In this document: in pieces, positions 45,794 to 58,362 of the stretch
Numbering within the stretch: position 1 is the stretch's first letter
Layout: the number at the start of each line of letters is the position of its first letter
Assembly: GCF_009914755.1 (NCBI RefSeq)
Contig: NC_060925.1
Source of the DNA: the human T2T-CHM13v2.0 reference genome, Homo sapiens
DNA: 64,000 nt
Direction: 5' to 3' (one strand)
Translations under genes and position numbers: made by a program
The notes under the pieces: model-generated
Database searches by the model: none
What the model was told of the DNA's origin: nothing
The model's input: only the letters and a program-made list of their open reading frames with translations

Positions 45794-46417
45794 TGAGCTT
45801 CAGGATTTCATACCTTGAAATCATTTCAAATTTTTGTGTGCTTGCACGTACTGTGCATTTCCATGAGGAAGAATTCATTGGTTTTTATCAGTTAATCAAG
45901 GGAATCTATGACTCCAGAAATGTTTAAGAATCTGAGGAGAAAGGAAGAAATATAGTCTTTAGCTCTGTTAATAGGTGTGCAATTTTAACAACATTCTAAG
46001 TGAGCATTATTCTCTCACCTCCACAAGTTTGTGATGCACATGTTGTTTTCTCTGCCCTTCATTCCTTCTCTCCACACTTCTGCCTACCACTTCCACTGGG
46101 CTAATTCCTTCTCATCATTCAAGACTCAATTAATGTGTCCCTTATTCTAATCTAAGACACCTTCTTGAACTACGACCACTACCCCCAGGCTGTCAGGGAA
46201 CCGTTCTCTGGCCTCAGAATTCTGTGTACAACTCTATGTTGCCTGAATGATAATTTTCTAGCTCTATTTCTCCTCCACTAGGATAGGAGCTCCTTGAAGG
46301 CAAGGACTTTTTATAATACATCTGTGAATTTCCAGAGTTTAGCACAATGCTTGATGCATAGAAGGTATTCAGTATAGTTTTGAATAAACAAGTAATTTTA
46401 AAAACAAATAAAAATCC

Positions 46418-46622
46418 TGTGAAACAGAGTGAGACCTTGCCTCTACAAAATATTAAAAAATTAGCTATGCGTGGTGGCATGTGCCTGTAGTTCCAGCCAG
46501 TTGGGAGGCTGAGATGAGACCATCACTTGAGCTGGGAAATCAAGGCTGCAGTGAGCCATGATCATTCTACAGTATTGCAGCCTGAATGACAGTGCAAGAC
46601 CCTGTCTCAAAACATAAATAAA
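46418..46622 (+). mobile_element. 5'-truncated AluJ
   Basis: Middle A-rich linker plus right arm. Confidence 0.75.
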
Positions 46623-47195
46623 TATACCCAAAGCAATTCTAAGCAAAAACAAACAAAAAAAACAAAGCCAGAGGCATCACATTACCTGACTTCAAACTAT
46701 ACTACAACACTACAGTAACTAAAACAGCATGGTACTAGTACAAAAACAGACACAAAGACCCATGGAACAGAACAGAGGAAGCAGAAATAAAGCTGCACAT
46801 CTACAACTATCTGATCTTCAACAAAGTAGACAAAAACAAGCAATAGGGAAATGACTCCCTATTCAATAAACAGTGCTGGGATAACTGGCTAGTCACATGA
46901 AGAAGATTGAAACATATACAAAAATCAACTCAAGATGGATTAATGACTTAAATGTAAAAACTAAAACTGTAAAAACCCTAAAGAAAACTTGGGAAATACC
47001 ATTTTGCACATAGGCCCTGGCAAAGATTTGATGATGGAGACATGAAAAGCAACTGCAACAAAAACAAAAATTGACAAGTGTGACCTAATTAAACTAAAGA
47101 GCTTCTGCACAGCAAAAGAAACTATCAACAGAGTAATCAGACAACCTACAGAATGGGAGAAAACTTTTGCAAACTATGCATTCAACTAAGGTCTA

Positions 47196-47540
<345 letters not shown>

Positions 47541-48045
47541 AAGCGGGCAAAGGAGATGAACAGGCAGTTCTCAGAAGACATATATGTGGCCAACAAGCAA
47601 TGCTCAGCACACACATACATGCGGCCAACAAGCATATGATAAATGCTCAACATCACTAATTATTGGAGAAATGCAAATCAAAACCACAGTGAAATACCAT
47701 TTCACACCAGTCAGAATGGCTATTACTAAAAAGTCAAAAAGCAACAGATGCTGGAGGGGCTGCAGAGAAAGGGGAACACATACACATAGTTAATAGGAAT
47801 ATAAATTAGTTCAGCTGCTGTAGAAAGCACTTTGGAGATTTCTCAAAGAACTTAGAACTACCATTTGATCTAGCAATCCCACTACTGAGTATATACCCAA
47901 AGAAATCTAAATTGTTCTACCATAAAGACACATGCACACATACGTTCATCGCCACACTATTCACAATAGGAAAGACATGGAATCAACCCAAAGCCCATCA
48001 ACAGTGGACAGGGAAAAGAAAATGTGATATATATATATATACATA

Positions 48046-48458
48046 AAATAAATCCCCGCTCTACAGAAGCCATCAGCAAATATTTCTTTACACAAGCAAC
48101 CACATCTATAATTCTCATGATAGCTATCATTTCCAATAACCTGTCTTCTGGACAATGAACAATAATAAATACTATTAATCAATTTTCATCCTTAATAATA
48201 ATAACGGCCCTAGTAATAAAACTAGGAATAGCCCCCTTTCACTTCTGAGTCCCAGAGAGGACCCAAGGAACTTCTCTAATATCTGGCATACTTCTCCTTA
48301 CATGACAAAAACTAGCCCCTATCTCGATTATATTTCAAATTTTCCCATCAATAAACATGAACATCCGCCTATCTATCACAATCCTATCCATTATAGTGGG
48401 CAGTTGAGGAGGACTCAATCAAATACAACTGCGAAAATCCTAGCCTACTCCTCAATTA
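48046..48458 (+). pseudogene. NUMT: internal fragment of mitochondrial ND2 (about codons 46-181); probably the annotated MTND2P29 (name from memory)
   Basis: In the mitochondrial code it reads [28 protein letters not shown]...GQWT...MKLGMAPFHFWVPE...LLLTWQKLAPISIM...GSWGGLNQ..LRK/LAYSSI, collinear with ND2. TGA sits at Trp positions. It has an AGG mitochondrial stop and a 1-bp frameshift near 48437. Confidence 0.95.
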
Positions 48459-49867
48459 TTATATACATATATACCACAGAATACTACACATAAAAAAGAA
48501 AGCCATATAAAGAAACAAGATCATGTCCTTTGCAGCAACATAGGTGGAGCTGGAGGCCATTATACTAAGGGAATTAACGCAGGAACAGAAAACCAAGTAC
48601 CGCATGTTCTCACTTATAAGTGGAAGCTAAACACTAATTACACATGGAGACAAAGAAGGGAACAAAAGACACCAAGACCTGCTTTAGGGTAGAGAGGGGC
48701 AGGAGGGTGAGGGTTGAAAAACCACCTGTTGGATACTATGCTTATTAGCTGGGTGATGAAATAACCTGTACACCAAACCCCAGCAACATGCAATTTATCC
48801 ATATAACAAACCTGTGTATGTACCCCATGAGCCTAAAATAAAAGTTGAAATGGAATAAAATAAAAATACAAACATACATAAATACATAAATAAAGTAACA
48901 CAGCCCATAATAGTAATTTCTTCCACAAAGCCAAGACACAGAGATTCATCTATTACTCCTGAAAGAAAGACAAGCAAACTGTAATTATTGGCAGGTTGTT
49001 TTTGATGTCCCTTCCCCAAGAGATTTATTTCTATAATATTTTTCAAAATATTTATTTAGGAATTGACAATCTTATATAAAAGTTTTCAATCCTATATAAA
49101 ATTTTAGAAGTCTTTTTGTGTTTCATTGCTTTGTTTTCCTTCAGATGACATGAAAGTACACTTTTTTCCAAGTCTGTTTAGAGACTCAAAAGTATACACC
49201 CAACAGTTCTTAAATACATATGACAAATAAAAACATCTTCCTTTGAAGTTTTAAAAAAGAGAAATTTGTTTTATGGATCCCATTAAATAAATGAGGAATA
49301 TAAAAAGCAAAGATTAGCATATTCCAATATGGTGAACACTATCAATGAAGTACTGCAAGCTTTTAAACTTGCAATAATTTTTATAATGAGAAACATCAAA
49401 TTCATCTAAGAATGAAATTTTTCCTTAAATCTGTATTAAAATTAATACTCCATTGCTGAAATTTAACAACTAATAAAAATACTCTGAAACTCACATAGAA
49501 CTGTGCTGTTCTTAAATGACTCAAAGAGAAAGCTGTGATTTTATTTAGAATATATATGCAAAATATTCACATCCTCTGACTTTCTTAATATATATAGATC
49601 TTTAGTAGCTTTCATTGAAAGTGACACTGAGCCACAATGCTGAAACTGAAGCAAATTACAACATTCACGGATCTCAGAAATACAGACATGATCAAAGAGC
49701 CTTAGAAGAAACAAGCACATAAACTTTCTGTCAAAAAATAGTTTTCTGTCTCAATACTTTTGAGATATTAATATTATGTTATAGCTCACTTATAATATAG
49801 AAAATCTAAAAGTGAGAAAAATATTTTAAACTTTTGAAAATATTTCCAAAAATGAATAAAATTATGT

Positions 49868-50161
49868 AAGTCCACATTCCCTTTTCCATAATTCCAAAAT
49901 CACCAAATATCTAACTTTAGCACCAAAATTAATTTGATAGCAAAATCCAACCCAAATTTATGTGACTCTGTTTATAATTTTTATTCACTTACTGTGAATG
50001 TGATATTGATGTGTTTGATTACATCTTACTATCTCACACCCCATTGGGGGTATTATGTAATTGACAGTACATATGCAGTATTGCCTTTCCATAATAAAAA
50101 GAAATCTGAGTTCTGAAATATATTTGCATCCATACCTGCCAGATAAGGGACTGCAGACCTG
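49868..50161 (-). mobile_element. MER46C-like Tigger MITE
   Basis: Reverse complement begins caggtctgcagtcccttatct; internal gtaatcaaacacatcaata. Confidence 0.65.
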
Positions 50162-50212
50162 GATTTCCTCTTCTTTTAAAGGTGATTTTCTCCTATGCCT
50201 TTAGGAAAAAAA

Positions 50213-50216
<4 letters not shown>

Positions 50217-50296
<80 letters not shown>
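50217..50296 (+). repeat. Compound microsatellite (TC)21(AC)19
   Basis: Directly visible, uninterrupted. Confidence 0.95.
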
Positions 50297-50299
<3 letters not shown>

Positions 50300-52039
50300 A
50301 ACACACACAGACACCAATTAAGATATCATTTCTCTGGGGGTGTAAGACATTGTATACTTTCCATAACTTATCTCTAATTTTCACCTTAAAAGTAGCTGTT
50401 ATTATCCCCAGTTAAATACAGGTACTAAAACAAAAAAGGCTTAACTATTACTTTGTCCAACCACTAACACAAGCTATCAAACAATATTCTCATTTCTAAG
50501 GCGTTTTACAATTTCAACATTCTGCCCATAATTGGTTTCTGATTCATATAAACCTGCTTTTTAAAATAGACCCATTTATTTCACAGAGAGTGATAAAGGT
50601 ACGGTCCATTTTAACAGACTGCATCATTTAAAAAAATGTTTGCCTACATGGGCTTCCACAGAATAACTTGACAAAATAGAAAAACAAATTATTTTACCGG
50701 GTAACTAAAATAAAAGCTTTTTTAAGATAGCTGGAAGAGAGGGAGAAGAAGCTAAGAAAAAGAAGCAGGTGCAATCTAGCATGAGACTAATACTCCTACA
50801 TGTAATTAACTGTAAGGTTTTCTTTTTTATTAGTATTGATAATCAAATTTATAGGGAAAAAGTCCTGACATTTGTGTCCCCATTTTAAAGCACAAGATTT
50901 AAAAGAAGAAACTTCCTTTTATAAATCTGACCCTCTTACAGAGCTATCTACATGCTCTGTAAGAAGCTTGAATATAAAAAATTTCTAATGTATTGCATAT
51001 ACTTTACATATAAAAGCATGCTTAAGATATCTTAAGTGTCCCTTATTCCTCCAAGAAATTCCTCAAAATCTACCTCACACAGAGACCGGTCCCATGATAC
51101 ACAGTTCAGGTAACAATTCTACATTCTCCAAAACTTAATGTCTGCCTTTCTTCTGACAGCAAAGCAGTGAAAAACCAATGAAGAAAAAACAGAATTTCTT
51201 ATACTCATCATTGTATGTTTATATAATTTCTTTTATATGTAAAGTATATGCAATACATTTGAAATTTTTTATATTCAAGCTTCAAGTGAACTACGGACAT
51301 AACATTTATTGGACACTTCAAGTATATGATCTCTAATATTCACAGCTATCCTGCAAATATCATCCCCATTTTACAAATGAGGAAACTGAAGATCATAAAA
51401 CTTGAGTCCAAGGTCCACATATAATAAGTCACAGTCACAAAAGTAGGGTTTACACAAGGATCTGAGCCCATTTCTTTCCATTTCACCTTGTTAGAATATG
51501 CTTAGTTTAGAATATTTCCTGTAAGGCAGGGATTTTCATCATGGCTATGATTTCTTCAGAACGTAGTATGTTGTAATACAAACACAAAGCCAAATAATGA
51601 ATCTGGGTAACATTTAAATTGTCAAAAAAACTAATCTTCTACTAATTCTTTGCAGATCTTAATTAAGTTGTCAACTTCTCCGTGCCAAAACTTCTCCACA
51701 TATAAAACATAGAGAATACCTTAAAGAGTTGTTATGAGACTGAAGTAAAATGTATAAAGCACTTAGTACAATGCGTGGTACAAAATAAACACTTCATAAA
51801 TGTTGGCTATTTCAAGTGAGATTAAGAAATTACCAGATGGCCATATTTTGTATCAGGTGACTCCAGCCAGCAATAGCTGGACACCTAATCTAAAACCAGT
51901 CAATCCTGACACTGGACTGTGATTTAGTGGTAAAAGACAATAAGGGTCAATAAAATTATCTCTCTCAGAAATTTGAATTAAACAAAGACTGAGGCATTAT
52001 TTGCCTAAATGACCTGGCTTTTTACCATCATCAATTTTC

Positions 52040-53380
52040 TACCATCAATGTTACCAATGACCTCTCTGTTGCTAAATCTAGTTTTTTAGCCCTTCATTTT
52101 ATATTGTTTGGCAGCATTCAGTCTACTGAGTATTCCATTTATCTTGAAACATTCCTTTAGCTGTGCTCTAATCTCTCCAGTCGCACCTTCTCAGTCTCTT
52201 TGGAAGGCATTGAAATATTGCAGCTACTCAACACTTCATCCCAGGCCTCTTCTCCCTCTAGGCAATTTCATCCACACCCATGGCTTGAGTAATTATTTCT
52301 ATGTCAAAATAATTATCTCTATGCCAGTTTACACTTTTCTTGTAAATTCAACTGCCTTGTCAATCTCTCTGCTTATCTGGATGTCCTAAAGATACCTCAA
52401 TCTCCACTTATCTAAAACCAAATTAATGATCTTTCCTCTCACACCTACCCAAGGCCCCTTCCAATGCTCCCTATCCCAATAATGGCACCACTAACTATCC
52501 AGTTGAACAAATTAGAAAATGAGAAGTAGTCTTCGATACTTCCTTCTCCATCATCCTCATATTTCACTAAGTCCTATTAATTTTATCTCCTAAGTATTTC
52601 TCAATTCCTTCTCTTCATCTCCACTGCTACCTTCTAAGGTCTCTCTATATGCATTCTTGTATCCTCTGTACTCTCCTCAATGTAGCTGGTGGAGAGTATA
52701 TCCTATATCCACTCTTGTATCCTCTGTACTCTCCACATTGTAGCCAGAGTTATTTTTTAATTATTCTAATCATGGCATGCTCCCACTTAAAAGCCTTCAA
52801 TGGCTTCCCATTATTCTTAGGATTTCTGACCCAAATTCATATCATATTCTACAAAGTACTGGAAGATCTGGCTTCAGCGTACCTCTTCTCTCTTCCCATT
52901 GCCCCACATGTACCCACACTTGTCTCCTTTCAGTTCCTCAAACACAGCATAACATGTTTCCACCTGCTTGGGTTCTTTGCACATGGTTTTCCTGCTGCCT
53001 CGACCACTCTTTGCCCTTTTTTTCAATTATCCAATCCCTATCATATGTCAGCTAAAATATCACTTCCAGACAATATCAGTAATTCAGTTATTCATTTAAG
53101 AAATCTTTATTGAGAACATACTATACACTTAGAACAGTTCTAGACATGTGGTATTGATAAAACAATGCCCTTGTAGAGCTTACATTGTAGTGGAAGGAGA
53201 CAGGAAATAAGCAATACAAGCAAGTAAATTAAATAGTATGTTCAAAGGCAATAAATGCTATGAGAAAAAAAGGAAAAGAAGAACAAGGTAAGCTCATCCA
53301 AAGCAGGGAATTTCCAATGCCTAACTTATTGCCAGGCATATAGTTAGCACTCGATATTTGTTGAGTGGATGAATGAATAA
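52040..53380 (+). mobile_element. L2 fragments (plus strand, with an opposite-strand L2 piece at about 53085-53280)
   Basis: ttcatccacacccatggctt, aatggcaccactaactatccagttg, and the 3' end tttgttgagtggatgaatgaa. Confidence 0.7.
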
Positions 53381-53574
53381 AGGAATAAGCCTGTTCAAGT
53401 TATGAGGGAGCTAAAACTATAAAATGAGTAGAGGAGCTACTCAATAAAACAGAGGTGCCATGAAAGAAAGAGAAATAATGAAGGCCTTGAGACATAATGG
53501 TTCCTCGAACTTATTTCTGAGGGTGTCATAGTTTTCAGTTCCAGTTTCTGGGGTGTGGTGTGTATGTACCATAA

Positions 53575-53575
<1 letters not shown>

Positions 53576-53614
<39 letters not shown>
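53576..53614 (+). repeat. (CA)n microsatellite, about 19 units
   Basis: Directly visible, about 1.1 kb inside intron 1. Confidence 0.95.
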
Positions 53615-53615
<1 letters not shown>

Positions 53616-54715
53616 AGGACCAAAGTAATTCAAGTGGATCACTCTTGTAATGATAATACCTGATCAGGACATATATACAAGGTTATGTATACCACTGCCA
53701 ACACCCATCACACACATATTCCCAAAGCCACTTCTTTTCTACCCACACACCCATGCCATCCCGTAACATCCAGTTCTTCAGTGGTCAGCCTCATTTAGAG
53801 GCAAACTCCCTCCCACATACTCAAAACTGTAAAAACCTTTGCTTTCTTCTATGACCCTGTGAGAAACTTAAAGTCAGTATCTCACAAATCCCAGCCATAT
53901 GCACAAGGGGTCCCCTCAGGAATAGGATCCTGGGTCTCCCTTCCTGTCAGTCTTCCTGTCCCTTAAAGGCTATCTTCTACCCACAGAAGTGTGGACATGC
54001 ACTCCTTTGATTCTGAATGACCTTCAAGATCATTGAACCCACACACACTCACACTCACGCTCCAGCCTCCTTTGGTAGGCTCCTAAAGGACTGGGGCTCC
54101 GGGTATCCCCTCAAGGCCTCTTGTCTTTTTAAGGACCCATACAAGAATTATTTGCATAAATTTCTCTGTGACCAGGAGTGACCCTGAGGACACTGCACAT
54201 CCCCAAACACAAATACTCTAACTCCCCCTTCCATGGCACTGTCTGATATTAAAGTAACACACCTTCCACGTATACCTCCCTCTTTAGAGTCAGAGCCTCC
54301 TACTCCCACCCCGAGCCCAAATCATGCCCCTTTAGGGATCTCTCCCATGCTCCCACAGGGCAGTGTACACCCTTTCCATGACACAGCCTAGCCCTAGGAT
54401 TAGCCTTCACCACAGGTGATCCCAGGATTAAGATCCTGTCTCTTCCCTCAGGTCCCAGCCCCTTTCGGGCCCATGTTCTGTCAGAAGTGTGCACACTAAC
54501 CCACACTCCCCTCCACCACCCGGACTTCGAGGTCCCTGCCCGCCATTCAGAGGGGTGCACGCCACCCTTGACCCCTGACCCTGAAGTCATAACCCACCGC
54601 GCAAATATACAGGACCGCCTCCTCAGGAGTAGGACCATGCCCGAGTCCCCTGTTGCCTGAGACCCAGGACAGCCTGGCCGCCTCAGCCTTCCCCAGATCG
54701 GCCGCCCCCACAGAC

Positions 54716-54749
54716 CTGCCTCAGGCGCCGACTGGCTCCCCTCCGCCAT
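54716..54749 (-). CDS. AGBL4: First coding exon (34 nt, MAEGSQSAPEA + G) of cytosolic carboxypeptidase 6 / ATP-GTP binding protein-like 4
   Basis: Minus strand reads ATG GCG GAG GGG AGC CAG TCG GCG CCT GAG GCA G|GTCTGT, matching the recalled CCP6 N-terminus MAEGSQSAPEAG(NDMG...). Strong Kozak context (A at -3, G at +4), inside a CpG island, GT donor at 54715-54714. The 149-aa ORF in the track is read-through into the intron. Confidence 0.93.
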
Positions 54750-54910
54750 TTTTGTTGTCCCTCAGTCTCCGAGCTCACGCGAAGACCGCGGGGCAGTAGG
54801 GAGCGGGTGGTGGGATCAGTGGGCTGACAGGAGCTACCTCAGGAAGACGCGGCACGACGGTTGCCTGGGCAACGGGCGGCAGGCGCGCGGGTGGCCGGCG
54901 CGCGGCTGAG
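54750..54910 (-). other. AGBL4: 5' UTR part of AGBL4 exon 1 (TSS position approximate)
   Basis: GC-rich sequence upstream of the ATG, running into GC boxes at 54910-54957. The TSS cannot be fixed from sequence. Confidence 0.6.
54860..54873. promoter_or_regulatory. RFX X-box GTTGCCTGGGCAAC
   Basis: Palindromic GTTGCC-NN-GGCAAC fitting the X-box consensus GTNRCC(N0-3)RGYAAC. Confidence 0.7.
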
Positions 54911-57547
54911 GGCGGGAGGGACGCCTGGGAGGAGCGTGCGTCCAAGGCCCCGCCCCCGCGGCGCGAGCCCGGGCCTGAGCTGGGACTTGGGCCCCGGGGC
55001 GCTGCTCCTCCGCAACCGATCCACCGCATCCTGGCAACTGAGCAGGCTCCGCCACCCCTAGAGCACAGGGGCCAGGTCTGTAGGGATGGCGCTTTCCTGA
55101 CGGCGACCGGGGTCCTCGTACTGACCGCCCAGACTAGCTAAACTGGCTTTTCTGTGGTTGGTGCTCAACTTTGGGGACTTGGGACAGGTTTCTTGATTTC
55201 CCAAAGCTTCTCCCCTTGGTTTGCCTGGGTTACTCGTCTTCAACTGAAATGCACTGAAAACCAACTGTGTGCCCACCCCAACCCAAACACACAGAGGCCC
55301 AAAGGGTTCTGGCTCCTTGCCCCTCTGCGACAGCAACCCTCAACCCCAGAAAAGACTTATCCTTTTGCTGACGTATTTTTCAGTAAATATGGGCTGCTGT
55401 TTCCCACCTTTCAGTAGTGACACGCCGTTATCGTCTAAAACCAAGCTGGAACATTACCCGTCCTGACCAGCTCTGCCCTCCCGCAGTCCCCTGTATATTC
55501 CCTCTATTCCAAATGCTTTATGCATTATTTCCTTCTCGACCATGAGCTCTCTGATACCTACGGTTGTTCTCTTATCTTTGTATACTCCATAGTGCAGCGT
55601 GGTGCATGACACAAAGTAGGATCTCAGTCAATGTCTGCTGAATGGAAAATGGTGGTAATCTGAAAGGAAATGAGGTGGAGAGAGTGAAAGAGGGAAGGGG
55701 GAAAAACGCTAAGAAAAATGTGTTATTGAGCTGATTGCTTTAGTAGACAACTATTTTTAATCTTGCTTCAGACTCTGAAAAACAGGGTAGAATGTGTGCC
55801 TGCCGTTGTCCCACTGAAGAACACAGAGTCTGGGGCATTTGTCTCCTAATTTCTGTCTCCATTGGTTGAGGGTTGCTCTCCACCTTCCAGCTTGAACTCT
55901 CTCACATTTCCTGGTTATGCTTGCCAGGGCTGAGCAGACTTCTAGAGTTTGAGAGAAAGCCTTGAGGCAGAAATGCAGAGACGGACCGGAAGGCCTTCTA
56001 AGTAAGATGCTGGCCACATGCATGGAACTGTCCATTCATCTGCATTAAAATCAGGGATAAGAATCTTGTACAGAAAGTTACATGAAAATAGCTATCAGAA
56101 TTATCTCTCACATTTGAACAGTTTAAAATTCACAAGCCATGTCCACACAACTATCAAGATGAATATATATGTGCTTTCCACAGTCCTAATGACACTTATG
56201 TAAAGGCTGTGAGGGTTTTGGGAATTTCGGTGTCGGAGGAGTCAATAAGGGCTAAGAAGAACAAAAGAACTACATTAAGTATAGGGAGATGGAAAAATAA
56301 AGAGAAAGATGTGGGTTCTACTCAGACTGATGTTATAGCTTTATAATCTTGGGCAAATCACTTAAACTTACTGAGCCTCAGTTTCCTCTTCCAACAAACT
56401 GAGACAAAGGTCCTGCCTACCACAAAGAGTAGCTCTAAGACACAAATAGGGTGATGAATGAAAATGCATTTGATGAGTATGAGCCAGGCTCTGTGCAGAT
56501 GCTGAGGATAAAGAGACAAATATAACATTATTAAATTGAACCACATTGGTCAATTTAAATTTTAAGTAAAATTTAGAACTCAGTTATTTAATCAGAATTG
56601 CCACTTTTCAAGTGCTCAATAGCTACATGTGGCTACTGGCTACCATATTGGACAACATATGTATAGAACATTTCCATCACTGCAGAAAGTTTTGTTAGTC
56701 AGAATTGATAGACAAATGCCTTACTGGGCAGAGGAGACGAAAAGCCTGGAAAACCAGCTTGCTGACAGGACCAGGTTCGGTTCTCCTCTGTGTCAGCTAT
56801 TCCTCAGGAAGCAGTGCAGGAGGGAGTATAGACTTCTTCACTACTGCTGGAGTCTTCAGAGACTTCCCTTTTGTTGTGTGAAAAATAACACAGCATGGGA
56901 AGTGGGGGGAAAACGTCCCCTACATGGGCTCCTGGGAATTAGTTTCCCCGTGCTACCATTCATATGTCCCTGGGAGGTCTGTCTTCCCCAGAGACCTCCT
57001 ATGATTTCTGTCTCCACAGAAAACACCCACCCACAACAAGGGTGCCTTCTTTCAAGCAAAATATACCCTGTAGGATTCACCCACTCCCTCCATAAACATT
57101 CATTAAAATGATACCTTCCATGTGCCTGGCCACTAAGTTAGATGCAGAATGGAATGAGAGAAATATTTAATTTATAATCATATTTTTACGAGCACAAACT
57201 CATTTCATTCTCAGAGCAGCATTATGATATTTGTATTAATATCAGCCTCTTGTACAGAAGATGAAATTGAGGCTCACAGAGTTTAAGTGACTTATACAAA
57301 GTTTCAGGCAGAAAGTAGCAGACTCAGGGAAGACTGAAATTATGCTAGGAAATTCATCTGTGTTATCTCATGTAATTTTCACATCAAAAATACCATGCCT
57401 TTGAAGTTTACAAACTAATTGGAAAGAAAGGATTAACATGCACAAATTCAGTTTACAATTAATTTCCAAACAATGTGGTAAGAGCAATGACACAGGCATG
57501 CTCAGCAAAGTGGAGGAGCACTAAAGAGAGATCCCCTTGATGGGCAT

Positions 57548-57725
57548 CTATAGCCACAGCCCACCAGAAGTATTCAAAATAGCCAATCCTAAATGTTTAC
57601 TCTGCTCTACCTTGCGATTCTCACAGAAATCCCAATAAAGGCTTTGGCCTAGGATTTCCCCTTGCTCCTGTGTTCTGACACCAAACCAAAACCTGGTGTT
57701 TCCCCTGTGACCCTTCATGGCATAA
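57548..57725 (+). mobile_element. ERVL LTR fragment (MER77/MER21-like)
   Basis: tattcaaaatagccaatcctaaa...cccaataaaggctttggcct. Confidence 0.5.
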
Positions 57726-58083
57726 ACTTCTTTCCAAGCCTTGTTCTCATTTACTCCTGTGGCCACACCCACTTAATCATACCATATCCAACATTTATAT
57801 TCTTAGGACATACTTGTTATTCTGCTCTTTAATAAACAGGCTATTGTTGTTTACTCTTTCCATGTAAAATTTTAAATCAGCTTGCCTAATTGCAAAAAAA
57901 AAAAAAAGAAAAAAAGAAAAAAGTAATAATGTTGCTGGTATTTTATTAGAATTGTGATAAATTTATAGATTAATTTAGGGAGAAATGACATCTTTATGAT
58001 ACTGAGTCCTTTTATCCAAGTACATGATATATCTTATAATCTGTTTAAGTCTTCTATGTCCTTCAGAAATATTTAACAAATAG

Positions 58084-58362
58084 TTTTTTTTTTTTTTTTG
58101 GAGACATAGTTTCTGTCACTGAGGCTGGAGTGCAGTGGCGCAATCTTGGCTCACTGCAACCTCTGCTTCACCGGTTCAAGTGATTCTCCTGCCTCAGCCT
58201 CCTGAGTAGCTGGGACTACAAGCACAGACCACCATGCCACCATGTATTTTGTTTTAGTAGAATCTGGATTTTACCATGTTGGCCAGCTAGTCTCAAACTT
58301 CTGACCTCAAGTGATTCGGCCTTCCAAAGTGCTGGGATATGTGTGAGCCACCACACCTGGCC
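58084..58362 (-). mobile_element. Alu (old S/J, with deletions)
   Basis: Poly(T) plus antisense Alu body. Confidence 0.85.

Larger units (their letters stand above)
54500..55130. promoter_or_regulatory. CpG-island promoter of AGBL4, probably bidirectional
   Basis: The only non-Alu CpG-dense, GC-rich block in the window. GC boxes GGGCGG (54910-54915) and CCCCGCCCCC (54948-54957). No TATA box seen. Confidence 0.9.

Noticed and set aside
48046-48458. Functional ND2 or mitochondrial contamination
   Set aside because: It is a partial, diverged and frameshifted copy with clean junctions to nuclear L1 sequence.
54300-54715. Remainder of the 149-aa ORF beginning MAEGSQSAPEAG
   Set aside because: It diverges from CCP6 exactly at the GT donor, so it is intronic read-through.
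54775-55466. Several overlapping Pro/Arg/Gly-rich ORFs in and beside the CpG island
   Set aside because: Typical GC-rich artefacts, mostly with non-ATG starts and no homology I recognise.
56629-57111. 160-aa ORF upstream of the promoter (also 63367-63699 and 52649-53113)
   Set aside because: These begin in or overlap MER3 or L2 repeats, or lack an ATG start, and have no recognisable domain or exon structure.
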